A stretch of DNA of 60,000 bases from Chiloscyllium plagiosum (Eukaryota), in assembly GCF_004010195.1 (NCBI RefSeq), contig NC_057753.1, positions 12,887,446 through 12,947,445 on the forward strand, read 5' to 3'. The translations under genes were made by a program, and so were the position numbers. The notes under the pieces were generated by a model, which worked only from the letters and a program-made list of their open reading frames with translations, did no database searches and was not told the DNA's origin. Within the stretch, counting starts at the first letter, position 1; each line of letters begins with the position of its first letter. Below are positions 36,545 through 49,112 of the stretch, piece by piece.

Positions 36545-39500
36545 GTCCGGGAAGGTATTTAAAGTGAGGAGGGGAAATTTTCCGGTTAGAAGACATGAGC
36601 TGTGGAGTATAAATTGGGAACAATTGTTCAACGGGAAATGCACAACAGAAAATTTGAATCTGTTTAAGGAGCACTTGCTGCGAGTATTTGAGAACTTTGT
36701 CCTCCAGAGACAGGCACGAATCGATAAAGTGAAGGTACCTTGGATGACAAGAGAAGTGAAGCTTCTCGACATGAGCAACAAGGAAGCTTATTTAGCTTTG
36801 AGAAGGGAAGGATCCGGCACAGCTTTAGAGGATGACAGTGTAACTGAAAATAATTCAAAAACGAACTGAAAACAGCTAGGAGGGGGCGCGAAAAGCCTTA
36901 GGCGGAAGGGATAGGGAAAACCCAAAGGCGTTCTACACTTACGTGAGGAATACCAGCATGACCACAGTGAGGTAGCGCCGATTAGTGATATTGGAGGGGT
37001 ATGGTGCCTGGAGTCTGAAGATGTAGATGAGGTCCTAAAGGAGTTATTTGCTTGGGTTTCTCTCGTGAGAGAGACCTTGTTCAAAGTCTGTCAGAAGATT
37101 TGTAGCTCGGGTGCTCGTTGTTGTGGTTGTATTCGCCGAGCTGGGAATTTGTGTTACAGACGTTTTGTCCCCTGTCTAGCTGACATCCTCAGTGCTTGGG
37201 AGCCTCCTGTGAAGCGCTTCTGTGATCTTTCCTCCGGCATTTGTAGTGGTTTGAATCTGCCGCTTCCTGCTGTCAGTTCCAGCTGTCTGCTGCAGTGGTC
37301 GGTATATTGTGTCCAGGTCGATGTGCTTATTGATTGAATCTGTGGATGAGTGCCATGCATCTAGAAATTCCCTGGCTGTTCGCTGTTTGGCTTGTCCTTT
37401 AATAGTAGTGTTGTCCCAGTCGAATTCATGTTGTTGTCATCTGCGTATGTGGCTACTAAGGATAGCTGGTCGTGGCCAGTTGGTGTTCATGGATGCGGAT
37501 CATCAGCTGTCTTCCTGTTTGTCCAAAAAAAAAGAAGTTGCATCAAGACACTGTTCAAAAGGGCCACAACACACTGCAGTACACCAGAACTGCAAACAGA
37601 GAAAGAAGAACACCTATACAATGTATTCGCCAAAAATGGATACCCGCGCAATTTCATCAACAGATGCGCGCAATTTCATCAACAGATGCCTAAGGGAAAG
37701 ACAACGGAATGAGGACATGCCGCAACCCAAACGACTAGCCACACTACCATACATCAAGAGCATTTCGGAACTGACAGCCAGACTACTGCGACCACTAGGA
37801 CTCATAACAGCACACAAACCAACAGCCACTCTCAGACAACAACTCACCAGAACGAATGACCCAATACCCAGCATGAGCAAAACCAATGTGGTGTACAAAC
37901 TCCCATGCAAGGAATGCACAAAACACTACATAGGACAAATAGGAAGACAGCTAACGATCCGCATCTATGAACACCAACTAGCCACGAAATGACACGACCA
38001 GCTATCCTGAGTAGCGACACACGCAGATGACAAGCAACATGAATTCGACTGGGACAACACTACTATTATAGGACAAGCCAAACAGAGTACAGCAGGGAAT
38101 TCCTAGAGGCATGGCACTCATCGACAGATTCAATCAATAAACACATCGACCTGGACCCAATATACCAACCACTGCAGCGGACAGCTGGAACTGACAACCG
38201 GAAGTGTTCAGATTCAAACCACTACAAATGCCGGAGGAAAGTTCATAGAAGCGCTTCACAGGATGCTCCCAATTTCTGAGGATGTCACCTAGAAAGGGGA
38301 TGAAACGTCTGCAACACAAACTCCCAGCTCGGCAAACAGAACCACAACAACAGACCTTGTTGTTAGTGAGAATACTATGAACCAGTTTAATAGGCTTCAA
38401 CAGATTGATATTAAGAAAGTGGATGTGCTGGAAATTCTGGGAAACATTAAGATACATAAGTCACCGGAGTAGGATCAGATATATCCAAGGTTACTACGCG
38501 AAGCAAAGAATGAGATTGCTGCGCCTCTGCTGATGATCTTTGCATCCGCAGTCTCAACTGGAGTAGGCCCAGACGATTGGAAGGAGGCTAATATTGTTCT
38601 TCTATAAAGGAAAGGCAATAGGGAATTCTTTGGTAATTACGGACCAGTCAGTCTTACGTCTGTGGTAAGCAAAGACTGGAAAGGACTTTGGGAGATCGGA
38701 TTCATGACTATTTGAAAAAAAAACATGGCTGGATTAATGATAGTCAGTATGGCTTTGTGAGGGACAACCATGGCTCACAATCCTTATTGAGTTATTTGAG
38801 AATGTGACAAGACAAGTTGACAAAAGGTCCACCAGTGGATATGGTGCACATGTATTTAGGTAAGGCATTTGACAATAGGCTTTTTCAGTTCTTCAGGAGT
38901 TATGGGATACAGGAAACCCTGGCTGTCTGCGCACAGAATTGTCTGGCCGAAAGAAGACAGGGAGTCGGTGACCACTAGTGTCTCGCAGGGATCCGTTCCT
39001 GTGCCTGTGCCTTGTGTATTTCTTTTAAATGGATGACTTGGATGAAGAAGTGGAAGGATGTGTTACTAAGTTTGCCGAAGACACAATGCTATTTTGTGTT
39101 GTAGATTGTGTTGAGGGCTGTTGCAAGTTGCTACAAGACATTGACAGAATGCAAAGCTAAGCTGAGAAGTTGGAGATGCAGGTCAAACTGGATAAATGCA
39201 AGGTGATTGGAATGTCGAAATGGAATACTGAATGCAGGATTAAAGGGCGGACTCTTCGCAGTGTGGAGGAACAGTGGAATCTTCAAACAGTTGTGAAGAA
39301 GGTGTATAGTGATCTGGCTTTCATTAACTGGGGGATTGAGCTTAACAACCGCGAGGTTTTGATGGAGGTCTATAAAAACTTGATGAGATCACACGTGGAA
39401 TATTGTGTCCAGGTCTGCTCGCCCTCTTGCAGGAAGGATGTAAATACTCGAGAGAGGATGCTAAGGCGATTTATGAGGATTCTGTTTAGATTGCAGGAGT

Positions 39501-39860
39501 TATATTATGAGCACAGGTTGAGTGAGTTAGCGCTTTTCACATTGGAGAGAAGACAGAAGAGAAGACAGAAGTTGATTAAGGTAATGAGAGGCATACAGTA
39601 GGTACCCAGAGACGTTTCCCGATGGCAGAAATGGCTGTCATGAGGTGTCATAACCTAAAGGTGATTGGAGGAAGGCATAGAGCAGATGTCATCGGTACGT
39701 TCTTTAAACAGAGTGTGGTGGGTGCGTGGAATGCTCTCCCAGTGGTGGGAGTGGAATCGGAGATTTAGGGACTTTTAAGTGATGTCTCGACAAACACGTG
39801 GACGGAAGTAAATTGAGAGCTGTTTAGGTTAGTTTGATCTTACAATAAGATAAGTTCTCA
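36545..39860 (+). mobile_element. CR1 LINE ORF2 fragment interrupted by a Penelope element
   Basis: INWEQLF...PWMTREV, degenerate RT motifs, YKNLMRSHVEYCVQVCSP and a CR1-type 3-prime end. Confidence 0.88.
37082..38351 (+). mobile_element. Penelope-like element with inverted 5-prime segment; TSD AGACCTTGTT (37072-37081, 38352-38361)
   Basis: LPYIKSISE...NVVYKLPCKECTKHYIGQIGRQL (GIY-YIG endonuclease); ~37116-37505 is the reverse complement of ~37958-38351. Confidence 0.92.
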
Positions 39861-39874
39861 GAAAAAAAAAATCA

Positions 39875-40222
39875 TCAGAACAAAAAAGGCCTGTATTTTG
39901 CTGAACTGTTGTATTTTCTGCGTTCTAAATATCTTTGAGTTTCCCGGCAAAGGTGAATGTGCCAAAAACGAATTACACCAACATATGTTACAATGTATTT
40001 GCAGTAAATTGTTCTGGAACATCCTTCCTCAATCACGAATTCTGGCGGCTCTTGAATGAGTAAATATTGGACATTCGTTGCTTTAAAAACACCGAATTTG
40101 TGAATATAATCTGAGAACCACAACCGGAAGAATTCAGCTCACATCGCTGAGCAGCATAATCTTCCTTACCAGTAAAACATGGAGAGTGCGCACGATTTCC
40201 AATGAGACAGTAAAAAGTTCAT
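39875..40222 (-). pseudogene. 5-prime half of a V relic (leader 40170-40222, V exon from 40080) truncated at the CR1 3-prime end
   Basis: Leader-like exon ending TG|GTAAGG; acceptor TTTAAAG; LLIQEPPEFVIEEGCSRTIYCKY...RFWHIHLCRETQRYL contains Cys23 and Trp41 equivalents. Confidence 0.75.
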
Positions 40223-42398
40223 TAAAATAAAGTCTCTTCCAATCTTCAGTTGCCGATCCAACATTAATCAGACACAGGTTCCAACCATTAGGAACTAAAG
40301 CATAATCATTTCTTTGTGCCGCGATCGGCCAGTCTCTCTCTCAGCTGGCAACAACTGTGCACCAATGTCTATTCCCTGAAGAACAAATGCAGGAATTTGA
40401 TGAAGAAGTCATGCCGTTCCAGCATCACAATTCCAACAAACACGAAAAAACGACAGACATGAATACATATCACTGACGCTGCTGATGTTAAGCTATCACA
40501 GACCTGCTGAACCAGTCCGAAACTAATCCATGTACTCACAAAGAACTGTACCGATTCAGACAACATTGTGCCTGGTTGTCTCTGAGTGTCACTGGAAGTG
40601 TCTCTGGGCATATGTCTCTATCTCCTTATGTTATCTGTATCGGCACCAGCCGTCACACATTTATCCAACGTTTCTGTCGGTTTCTCTGTATATCTTTCAT
40701 AGCGGCCTTCATCTTTTCTGATGGCATTTCCTTATACTTACTTGAATTTCGCCTTCATCGTCTCTCTGTTGTGTTCTTTGTGCATCAATGGACTGAGCTT
40801 CACTTTGAGTCAAGAGATTGTAATTTAACAAAATTCGGCTGCAGACAGAAATCTTCACCGTAAGAGCGCACAAACGAGCTGGCAGAGCTCAATAGATATA
40901 CTGTGTGAGTACATACAAATAATCGTATATTTTCTTTTATTAATTATCCACGGGATTATATGCATCAGTGGTATTTTTTGCCTATCCGTGTTGTTGAATG
41001 GCAAAGATATTGCTCTCGATCTCATGTCACATGCAAGATTTACCAGACCAGGTGAGCATGTCAGTTTCCTTCTCTCAAGAGATCAGTGAACTAGATGTAG
41101 TTTTCGTTTCCTGGCTACTGAATATGTGGTCATTATTCATTACTAATGCTTGTTTTTGATTTGATTATTTATATCCCACAATGGCAGGATTCAAATCCGC
41201 ATTCCCAGAAGAAACCTTGCCCTTAGAACGAATATTCCAATCACCACATCACGATATGGCCACTAGAAAGATGAAACTGATATATATGTTGACAGAGATG
41301 CTGACAAATAAGTTTGAAATTAAAGACGTGGAATGGGATTTTAAGTTCTTTATTTTGAGAAGGTCAGTTTGTGGTGCCACAAGTATTTATGTGAGGGGGA
41401 ATTATTGGGATGGCGGGCATGCACAATTGAGGGGGGTCACAAATTACCTTTTAACAAGATAAATTACAGCAAAATGAGGAAGTGGTAAAGCGAAAAGGAA
41501 AGAATCTTTAGCGCAAGACAAATGTCAACCTAAGGAATTGCATATCACGGATGGAGGCCAGTGTGTGTTAAAAAGCTTGCTGCTTTGTTTTAATAACAGT
41601 GACCAGCTCAACATATGTTAAGTGACTGAGTGCAAACTCTTTTTCACATGCTTTCACAAAATTTCCACTGACAATAACGTGGGAGGATCAGAGGTCCCAA
41701 GTCAAAAGGTTCCTCAGGCCGTAGTGTTAGAATGGGCATATTGAAAATATCTGACTCCACGACAAGAAAGAGGACGATGACAATACATATACTCACACTT
41801 CGTTTGTGTGTAGAGCATTTCCAACAGGTAACTGTGGAGGAAAAGCAGCATCAATTTCTTTTCTCGATACATTTTAAACTAGATCTAGTCTGAAAGGACG
41901 AATTCTTTCCTTGAATTATTTTCTCACAAAGATGAACTTCATTGAAATTAAAGCTTTTCAAGGCCTGAAAACCAAGATCCACAATATAGAACTGTCATAG
42001 GAGCTCATTGGCTTTATATCCCTTTGCTTCTGGCACTTATTCTCCATAAATGTCTGCATCCGTTGTATTTGGGACCAATGCACACTGAACTATTCTATTG
42101 GGAAAGAAATAACATGAGAGATTTTATCCCCCTCTGTGCTTAAAGCAGTTGGCGAAATGGTAAATCAAAAAATTCATGAACTCCATTCGAAGCATTCTGA
42201 GATATTGCATCAATTAAGACAATGTTGCAGGAACTGAACAATTGAAGTCTGTTGGTCGTCTCTAGGAAGATATACTGTAGGTCATTGTAATCCCACCTAC
42301 TGAAGTAACTCAGTGTTAAGCCGCATGTGGAGGTAATGTCCGACAAGAGGGGCCCACAGGAGGAGGAAGCTGGGTGACATGGCGAACCGCAGAATAAT

Positions 42399-45371
42399 AT
42401 TAAAAATCACACAACACCAGGTTCTTGTCCAACAGGTTTAATTGGAAGCAAACTAGCTTTTGGAGGATAAAGCGGATGATTTGTAGGATGGTGTTTGGAG
42501 ATTGGCAGTTGTTGGTGTTGAGTACTTCGGTTTGTTGCAGCGATGCCATCATTGTGCGGGATGCTGGTGCAGAGTGCTGAACCATCCATTGTGACGAGGA
42601 ACGTTCCCGGTTCGACTGGTCCGTGCGTGTTGAGTTTCTGTAGTGTCGCGACAGAAGCTGGGGATCCCCTGTACAATAGGTTTCAAGATGTCTTCAACAT
42701 AACCGGAGAGATTCTCACACAGGGTCCCATTGCCCGATAGGATTGGAGGTCCTTATGTGTTGGCTTTGTGTACCTTTGGAAGGCAGTAGAAATCGCCTGC
42801 ACAAGAATTACGTGGCATGAGGTCGCGTAGGAAACTCTGAAGGACTGGATCCAAAGTCCTGATCAATGTGTTTAATTCTCTGGTGTGTTCTTTGGTCTGA
42901 TCAGCTGGTAGTTGCCTGTTGAGTTCCTGGCTGTTCAGTTGTCGGCACACCTCCTTGCAGTAATCTGTGCCTTCAGTATGACGATGGCTCCTCCTTTATC
43001 TGCTGGTTTGATGACAATGCTGTGATTGGTTTTGAGAGCCCGGATGGCATTGCGTTGTGAACTGGTGATGTTTTGCTCGACCGTTTGTGTACGGCTGAAA
43101 AATCCGGCATTTATATATTTCCTGACGGTTTGAGCATACGTGTCAGACCCAGGGCAGCGGTCCTCCGGTGAGGTCCAAGTTGACACCTTCTTTGGCCGCT
43201 CCTGTACAGATCCCTGTGATGACTGTTCCAGTTCATCAGTGGTCTCATTGGGATCACTGCCGGCACATTGAAAGAATTCCCGGAGTCTCAATCATCTGAT
43301 GAACACCTCTGTGTCTGCTGCAAGAACCAACGTGTCAATTTTGGTGCTAACATTTTTATCCACACGTTCAAACATGACTTCTTCTCAATGCAGGATCTCC
43401 AACCAACAATGTACACCAGGTACATTGACGACACTTTCTTCCTCTAGACCCATGGCGAAGTGTCACTGATAAAAGTACACAGTGATATCAACAAATTTCA
43501 TCCCACCATCAAACTCACCATGGACTACTCTCGACGATGTGTCTCATTCTTGGACACATGCATCTTCATCAAGGATGGATGCCTCAGCACCACACTATAC
43601 CGAAAACCCACAGACAACCTCACAATGCTACACTTCTCCAGCTTCCACCTAAAACATATTAAAACAGCCATCCCCTATGGACAAGCCCTACGCATACACC
43701 AGATCTGCTCAGATGAGGAGGAACATGATGGGCACCTGGATGTTCTCAGGGATGTCCTCACAAGAACGGAATACGATGCTCAACTCATCGACGCCAGTTC
43801 CGACGTGCCCCAGCAAGGAGCCGTAATGACCTCCTCAGGAGACAGACACGTGCTGCAACCGACAGGGTACCCTTCGTTGTTCAGTAATTCCCGGGAGCTA
43901 AAACACAACGCCATGTTTATCGTGACCTTCAACACATTATCAATAAGACCTTCCCCACACCTCCACTGCTTGCCTTTAAACAACCGCCAAAACTCAAACA
44001 AATCAAGCTGCCCGGCTCTCAGAACCATTCCACACAACCCTGTCACGGTAGGCGCTGCAAGACGAGTCAGAGTGTGGACATAGATACCACTTTAGGGTAT
44101 AGGTTTGCTCGCTGAGCCCGTAGGTTTTGCCTACAAACTAAACCTCAACCTGAGCTACAAACCTTCACAAACCTTGCATAGATACCACCATTACAGATGG
44201 GAACACCCGCTGCCTATTACGTGGCAGGTACTCATGTGACTCAGCCAACGTTGTCTATCTTATACTTTGCAGGCAAGGATGCCCTGAAGCATGGTACATT
44301 GGGGAAACCTAGCAAAGTCTACGACAACGAATGAATGGGCACCGCACAACAATCAACAGGCAGGAGTTTTCCTTCCGAGCTGGGGAACACTTCAGTGTTC
44401 CAGGACATTCGACCTCGGACCTTCGGATGACCATCAACCAAGGCGGATTTCGGGACAGGCAGCAGCGACAAGTGGCCGAGCAGAGGTTGATAGCTGAGTT
44501 CGATACCCAAAGGGAGGGCCTCAACCGGGACCTTGGGTTCATGTCACATTACAGGTGACCACCATTGCACTATACTCACACACAGACTCTCCTACACACA
44601 CACAGACACAGACACAGGCATTCCTATACACACGCATACACACAGACATACATGTACACAGACATGCACACAGTCACACACACCCTTACAGACACACACA
44701 CTCCCACACTCACACAGGCATCCTCTCAGAGACTTAGACTACTCTACACTCAGGCAAACTGATATACACTCTCTCTCACACTCACAACCCCTAACCCAGA
44801 CAGACACACACAGACAAAGTCCCACATGCACGTATATATTTTATGCGGTGAATTTGCACTTGCAGATTTACATCATACATTGCTCAAAAACTGCATGAAT
44901 TCATGTAAAACTCTGAGCTCAAAAACTGCATGAATTCAAGTAAAACTCTGTTATCTCACCTTTTAGATTCGAATCAATCTAAACATGGCATAGACAGAGA
45001 ACACAGGGGGCTAACACCTTCAACATATTGTGTAGTTAACACCCGTTGTTACAGCTAACCTGAGAATGCAACTTCAAAAAAAACGTTTGTGATTTACACA
45101 TGAAAGAAGTGAAATTATCATGGTATTCGAACAAATGAAAGTCTCAACAGACAATCAAATTATTTTTCAAAGTATAATTTCAGTTACATCACACTGTAAA
45201 TTTTTGCTATAAATTCTGTGCCCTAGAATTATGTCCTCCACTATCATCTGATGAAGGACCGGTGCTCCGAAAACTAGAGTGCTTCCAATTAAACCTGTTG
45301 GAGTATAACCTGGTGTTGTGTGATTTTTAATTTTGTACACCCCAGTCCAACACCAGCATCTCCAAATCATG
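42399..45371 (+). mobile_element. Penelope-like element, rearranged (minus-strand RT N-terminal part ~42460-43345; plus-strand RT C-terminal part and GIY-YIG ~43350-44558; 3-prime UTR); TSD CGCAGAATAAT
   Basis: IVIKPADKGGAIV, FYCLPKVHK, LVTMDGSALCTSIPH, YTRYIDD, SFLDT, LYRKPTD and WYIGET motifs; terminal ~65-bp inverted repeat; 11-bp TSD at 42388-42398 and 45372-45382. Confidence 0.93.
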
Positions 45372-46880
45372 CGCAGAATAATGGATCTCTTGCGGTTGGT
45401 CATCTCCGAGTTTTATTGCTTCTCTGTGCCCTGGATCCTCCTGCGGGCTCTGCTAGCCATTAGAATCTGTCTTATCATCAGGACATTGAGCATGACCATA
45501 ACGTAAAATGGTGGAAAAGCGGTATAGATCTGGAAGAGCTAATCATAAGCCTGCTATTTGGTCATTTGTAGAAGTTGGCTTTGGTGTTGCAAAACCAGGA
45601 TATCCCATCTGAGATGTATGAAGGTTCAGAGATAAAGTAGTATGCAATATTCTTGATGCAGCACAGGGCACAGACTGTTGCAATGTCCAGAGATGCAGTT
45701 TTCTCTGTACAGTTTGTGCTCTTCAATGTATGACAGCAGGCGGCCACAAAACGGTCGATGGTGAAGGCGACTGTCAGCCAAACTGAGCACTCCTGCGTGT
45801 AATAGACCAGTACGATGTTAAGAGTGCACACAGGAGTGGTCGACAAGACACTTCCCCCGAAATCAATGCGGCTGATTCGATTGTGAATGACTGCGGTGAT
45901 GACAAGTAAATCAGTTACTTTGATGGCCTCCAGAGAGGAGGTTATGCACAGGAAGAGACCGCACCGTCCTCAAGAAAGGAATATAATTGCAAACAAAATT
46001 GGCTGTGTAAGATCAAAAGAGAAAGTTCTGACTGAACTAACTCAAAACACTTCCAGTCTCCGCCTTTTTTGAAACCATTGATGAGCGTTGGTCATTAAGT
46101 GCAGCATCAGACATCTGTCAATGTGATGAGCTCTGGGAGTAAACATTGCACTCTTGACACTGAGTTAATGGCAGTGGCTACGGTCCAGTTCAGGGTAAAA
46201 CGAATAATGCAGCGGCCATGAACTTATTCGTACCAAACCCTGACCACCCTTCAACCCATAAACGTTGACACACGTTGGCTTCTCGCTAATGTTGTCTCAC
46301 CAATTACAAATCTTATCCTTCGAATTTTCAGAAGTTCTCCAGTCTGGCGACATCCATTCTCGAAACGTCATACAACTCGTTGTAATCTCAAATTAACTTT
46401 CTTTGTGTGTCCCGTAAATGCCTCAAATTGATGCTTCTAAATGTGCAGGTTATGGATTTAAATAATAAAGCGCTCATCACTGGAATTATCACGCCAGATG
46501 CTTCGCTTATGTTCCTTTATTTCAGACATCCCTTTGATCAACACTTTTTGCAATGTCTTCCATTTCACAAAGCTACATTGATTTACTAAATCTGTTCTGT
46601 TGTTCACAATATGCAGTGTGGTGGCTTGAGACGATGTGTACTTTCTAATAATTGTGAAGAATGTTGTTCTGGCTAATTATTCAAAAAGACTTATCAACAT
46701 TGTGTGAATCCTTGCAGCAAAGAAGCAATTTAATAACAGTTTAAAAAGTTTGCATCCCTCCTGACGTTTTTTTTAACATTGAATACTAAGTAATTCCGAA
46801 AGCCACATTAACAATCATTCCATTCATTCAGGACTCCCAGCTTTATTGCACCCTTCCACACTGTGCATTGCGGATCCATG

Positions 46881-46884
<4 letters not shown>

Positions 46885-46931
<47 letters not shown>

Positions 46932-46942
46932 ACACACACACA
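46885..46942. repeat. Compound (CT)n(CA)n microsatellite
   Basis: Direct reading. Confidence 0.95.
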
Positions 46943-47741
46943 TATGTATATTACAAAACATCTGATATGGCACTGCCACAATATAGATCATCGACAGAGA
47001 CTGTAATGAGACCCGTGCAGAAAGTCATTTAGCACATTATGGTAAACAAGTAAACAATGGACTATAAGGTGAGAATGCATTTTAGTGATTTGAAATTCAA
47101 TCTAAAGTGTGTCAATATTGCAGTTTAATGTTCTTACATATTCATTCACCCCAATTCATAGTTCAGCGTCTAATATACCATTTTTCTATGAGTACACATA
47201 AGGCAAAATTCTGCAACATATTGTCATTCACACTTATGTAACTGTCAGTAATGAACGGTGATATTTCACAGTACACATAGTAGCCCATAATGTATTGTAC
47301 AAACTAATCGCTGATTGGTATCCCTTGAAATCAAAACTTTGCATGCTGGAAAAGGACGGCTAAATCCTGAAATTGAAAGAACATATTTCTGGAAAAATAT
47401 AACAAATAATATACTTTTCTTGTGAACCAGTAACTACGAGGGCGCCGATAGCCCCGAGAATTGATTTGGGAATATCAAAGTCGTAGGCAATGATTGGCTC
47501 GTGCATCGTCATTCAAAAAATTCACAAGCTTTTGTTACTTTGGAGGATTGATCTGCCACACATTTAAGTGGAGCCTCATTTATCCTGATTGATAATCTCC
47601 ATAGCGACTATAAAGTTACAACATGACCCTGACTTACAATTCGGGGAACAAGGAAATACCTCACGGCACCATGCCTTCCAAAAAAATTGAATGATTCTAT
47701 TTCAATTTGTGACAGTCTTGTAAATTTTTTTATGCTTCATC

Positions 47742-48937
47742 TGTCACGGACTAGGCGAGACCACTCAATATTTTTTTTAAGCAGGCAACCCAGACCGTAA
47801 CTTTGTTATGAGCTTCGGTAAGTGTACATTGAAATTTATCAGAGTAAGTTAGCCAGGTTGACTGCCAGGTTTTGAAACGGAGAAAGTTTATTCCCAAAAT
47901 TATGGATTGAAAGACAAAGAACCAAATACACAATATCCAAAGAACTCAATCTATCCAAACTCGACTTAATTATGCTGTTCCAAAAATACACAATAGTCCC
48001 AACAAACAAAGTAAAAATTAAACAGAGCCTTGTAGGTCAAAGGTAGAAGGTCAGAAGGAGAGCAATTCCAGTCTCAACTGACTGAGTTCATGAGCCTTTC
48101 GACAATCACGCTACTGCTGAACTGAACTGCGCAGCTGGAAAGCAGATCACGTTCCCTTAACTACACAGGTATTTCTAAACTATAAAAGCGTTGCCCTGAA
48201 GACCCTTTGTTTATGTAAACAAAAAAACGATCCTCCCAATACCTTTTTAATCTCTGTTCCAATTCAATCGATTCGGAGCTTGGGCTGTTATACAACCCCT
48301 CAGAAAAAAAACTTAAGGTCACAATAACCTTGAGGAAAGGAACAGCTTTTAGAAAAATGACCAGCTTTGTGAAACGTCCCACCTTGAAGAAAAGAATCAT
48401 CAAAATGCAGAAATGGCTTAATGGCCTCCTTATTACTTAGTCTTTGAAAAGCAGCGGGAGCATTCTTTCATAGAAAATGGCATGACTTTAAACTGATACT
48501 GTCCACTTGGCGTTACGAAAGCTGAAATTGCCTTCGAGCATTCTGACAAAGGTTCCTGCCAGTAGCCCCGCAGCAAGTTCAACGTGGAAAGGTAGTTTGA
48601 TTTTCCCACCTTTTTGACACAGTCCTCCAATTGCGGAATTGGATATACATCGGTGTTTGTAATGGCATTAATATTTGCGATAGACAGAAAAAAATAACAA
48701 TTGGCTACCATCTCGCTTTGGCCCCATGACTATGGGTGAGCTCCAGTCATCTAACTAATTTCTATTATGCCACCTTGGAGCATGTGTTCTATCCCCTTCT
48801 GAATCCATGCCACATTGAGAGGATTATGCCTATAAGATTGTTGTTTAATCGGAACAGCAACTCTGTATCTACATTATGCAGAATTAGGTAGTACTTCCCA
48901 CTTTATTCCCACATATCTGCCCACGTGAGAGCAATAA
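47742..48937 (-). mobile_element. Ty3/Gypsy LTR retrotransposon remnant (LTR ~47742-48374; RT fragment ~48430-48937)
   Basis: NAITNTDVYPIPQLEDC...LNLLRGYWQEPL...AFVTPSGQYQFKVMPF; LTR-like block with TGTCAC...GTGAAA ends and an adjacent purine-rich tract. Confidence 0.8.
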
Positions 48938-49112
48938 TACCATCTGTGACTGCATACTTTAGAAACAGAGAGAGTGCATTTACAACGATGTGAGCTATGT
49001 CTGTATGTTGAAGAGTGTGTAGTTTTAAAATGTTTTACCTGTTATGAGCGCTGCAGTAGCAAATAATGAATATAAAATACTACCATACGGGTAGGTAGGT
49101 AATGTTTGTTTG
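48938..49112 (-). pseudogene. Inverted copy of the promoter/leader region of the 11.4 kb V segment
   Basis: The reverse complement aligns closely with ~11165-11340 (GCAGCGCTCATAAC...CACACTCTTCAACATAC...GCAGTCACAGATGGTA). Confidence 0.8.

Larger units (their letters stand above)
42140..47506 (-). pseudogene. Third, more divergent GPR139/142-like GPCR pseudogene (exon 1 ~47438-47506; exon 2 split into ~45372-46002 and ~42140-42398 by a Penelope insertion)
   Basis: Exon-1-like MHEPIIAYDFDIPKSILGAIGAL. Exon 2 remnants read SVWLTVAFTIDRFVAACC...TEKTASL, NRKRSIIL and, beyond the insertion, SFLLLWA...QYIFLETTNRLQLFSSCN. Stops and frameshifts are present. Confidence 0.88.

Noticed and set aside
44533..44898. 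His/Thr-rich ORFs
   Set aside because: CA-rich 3-prime UTR of the Penelope element.
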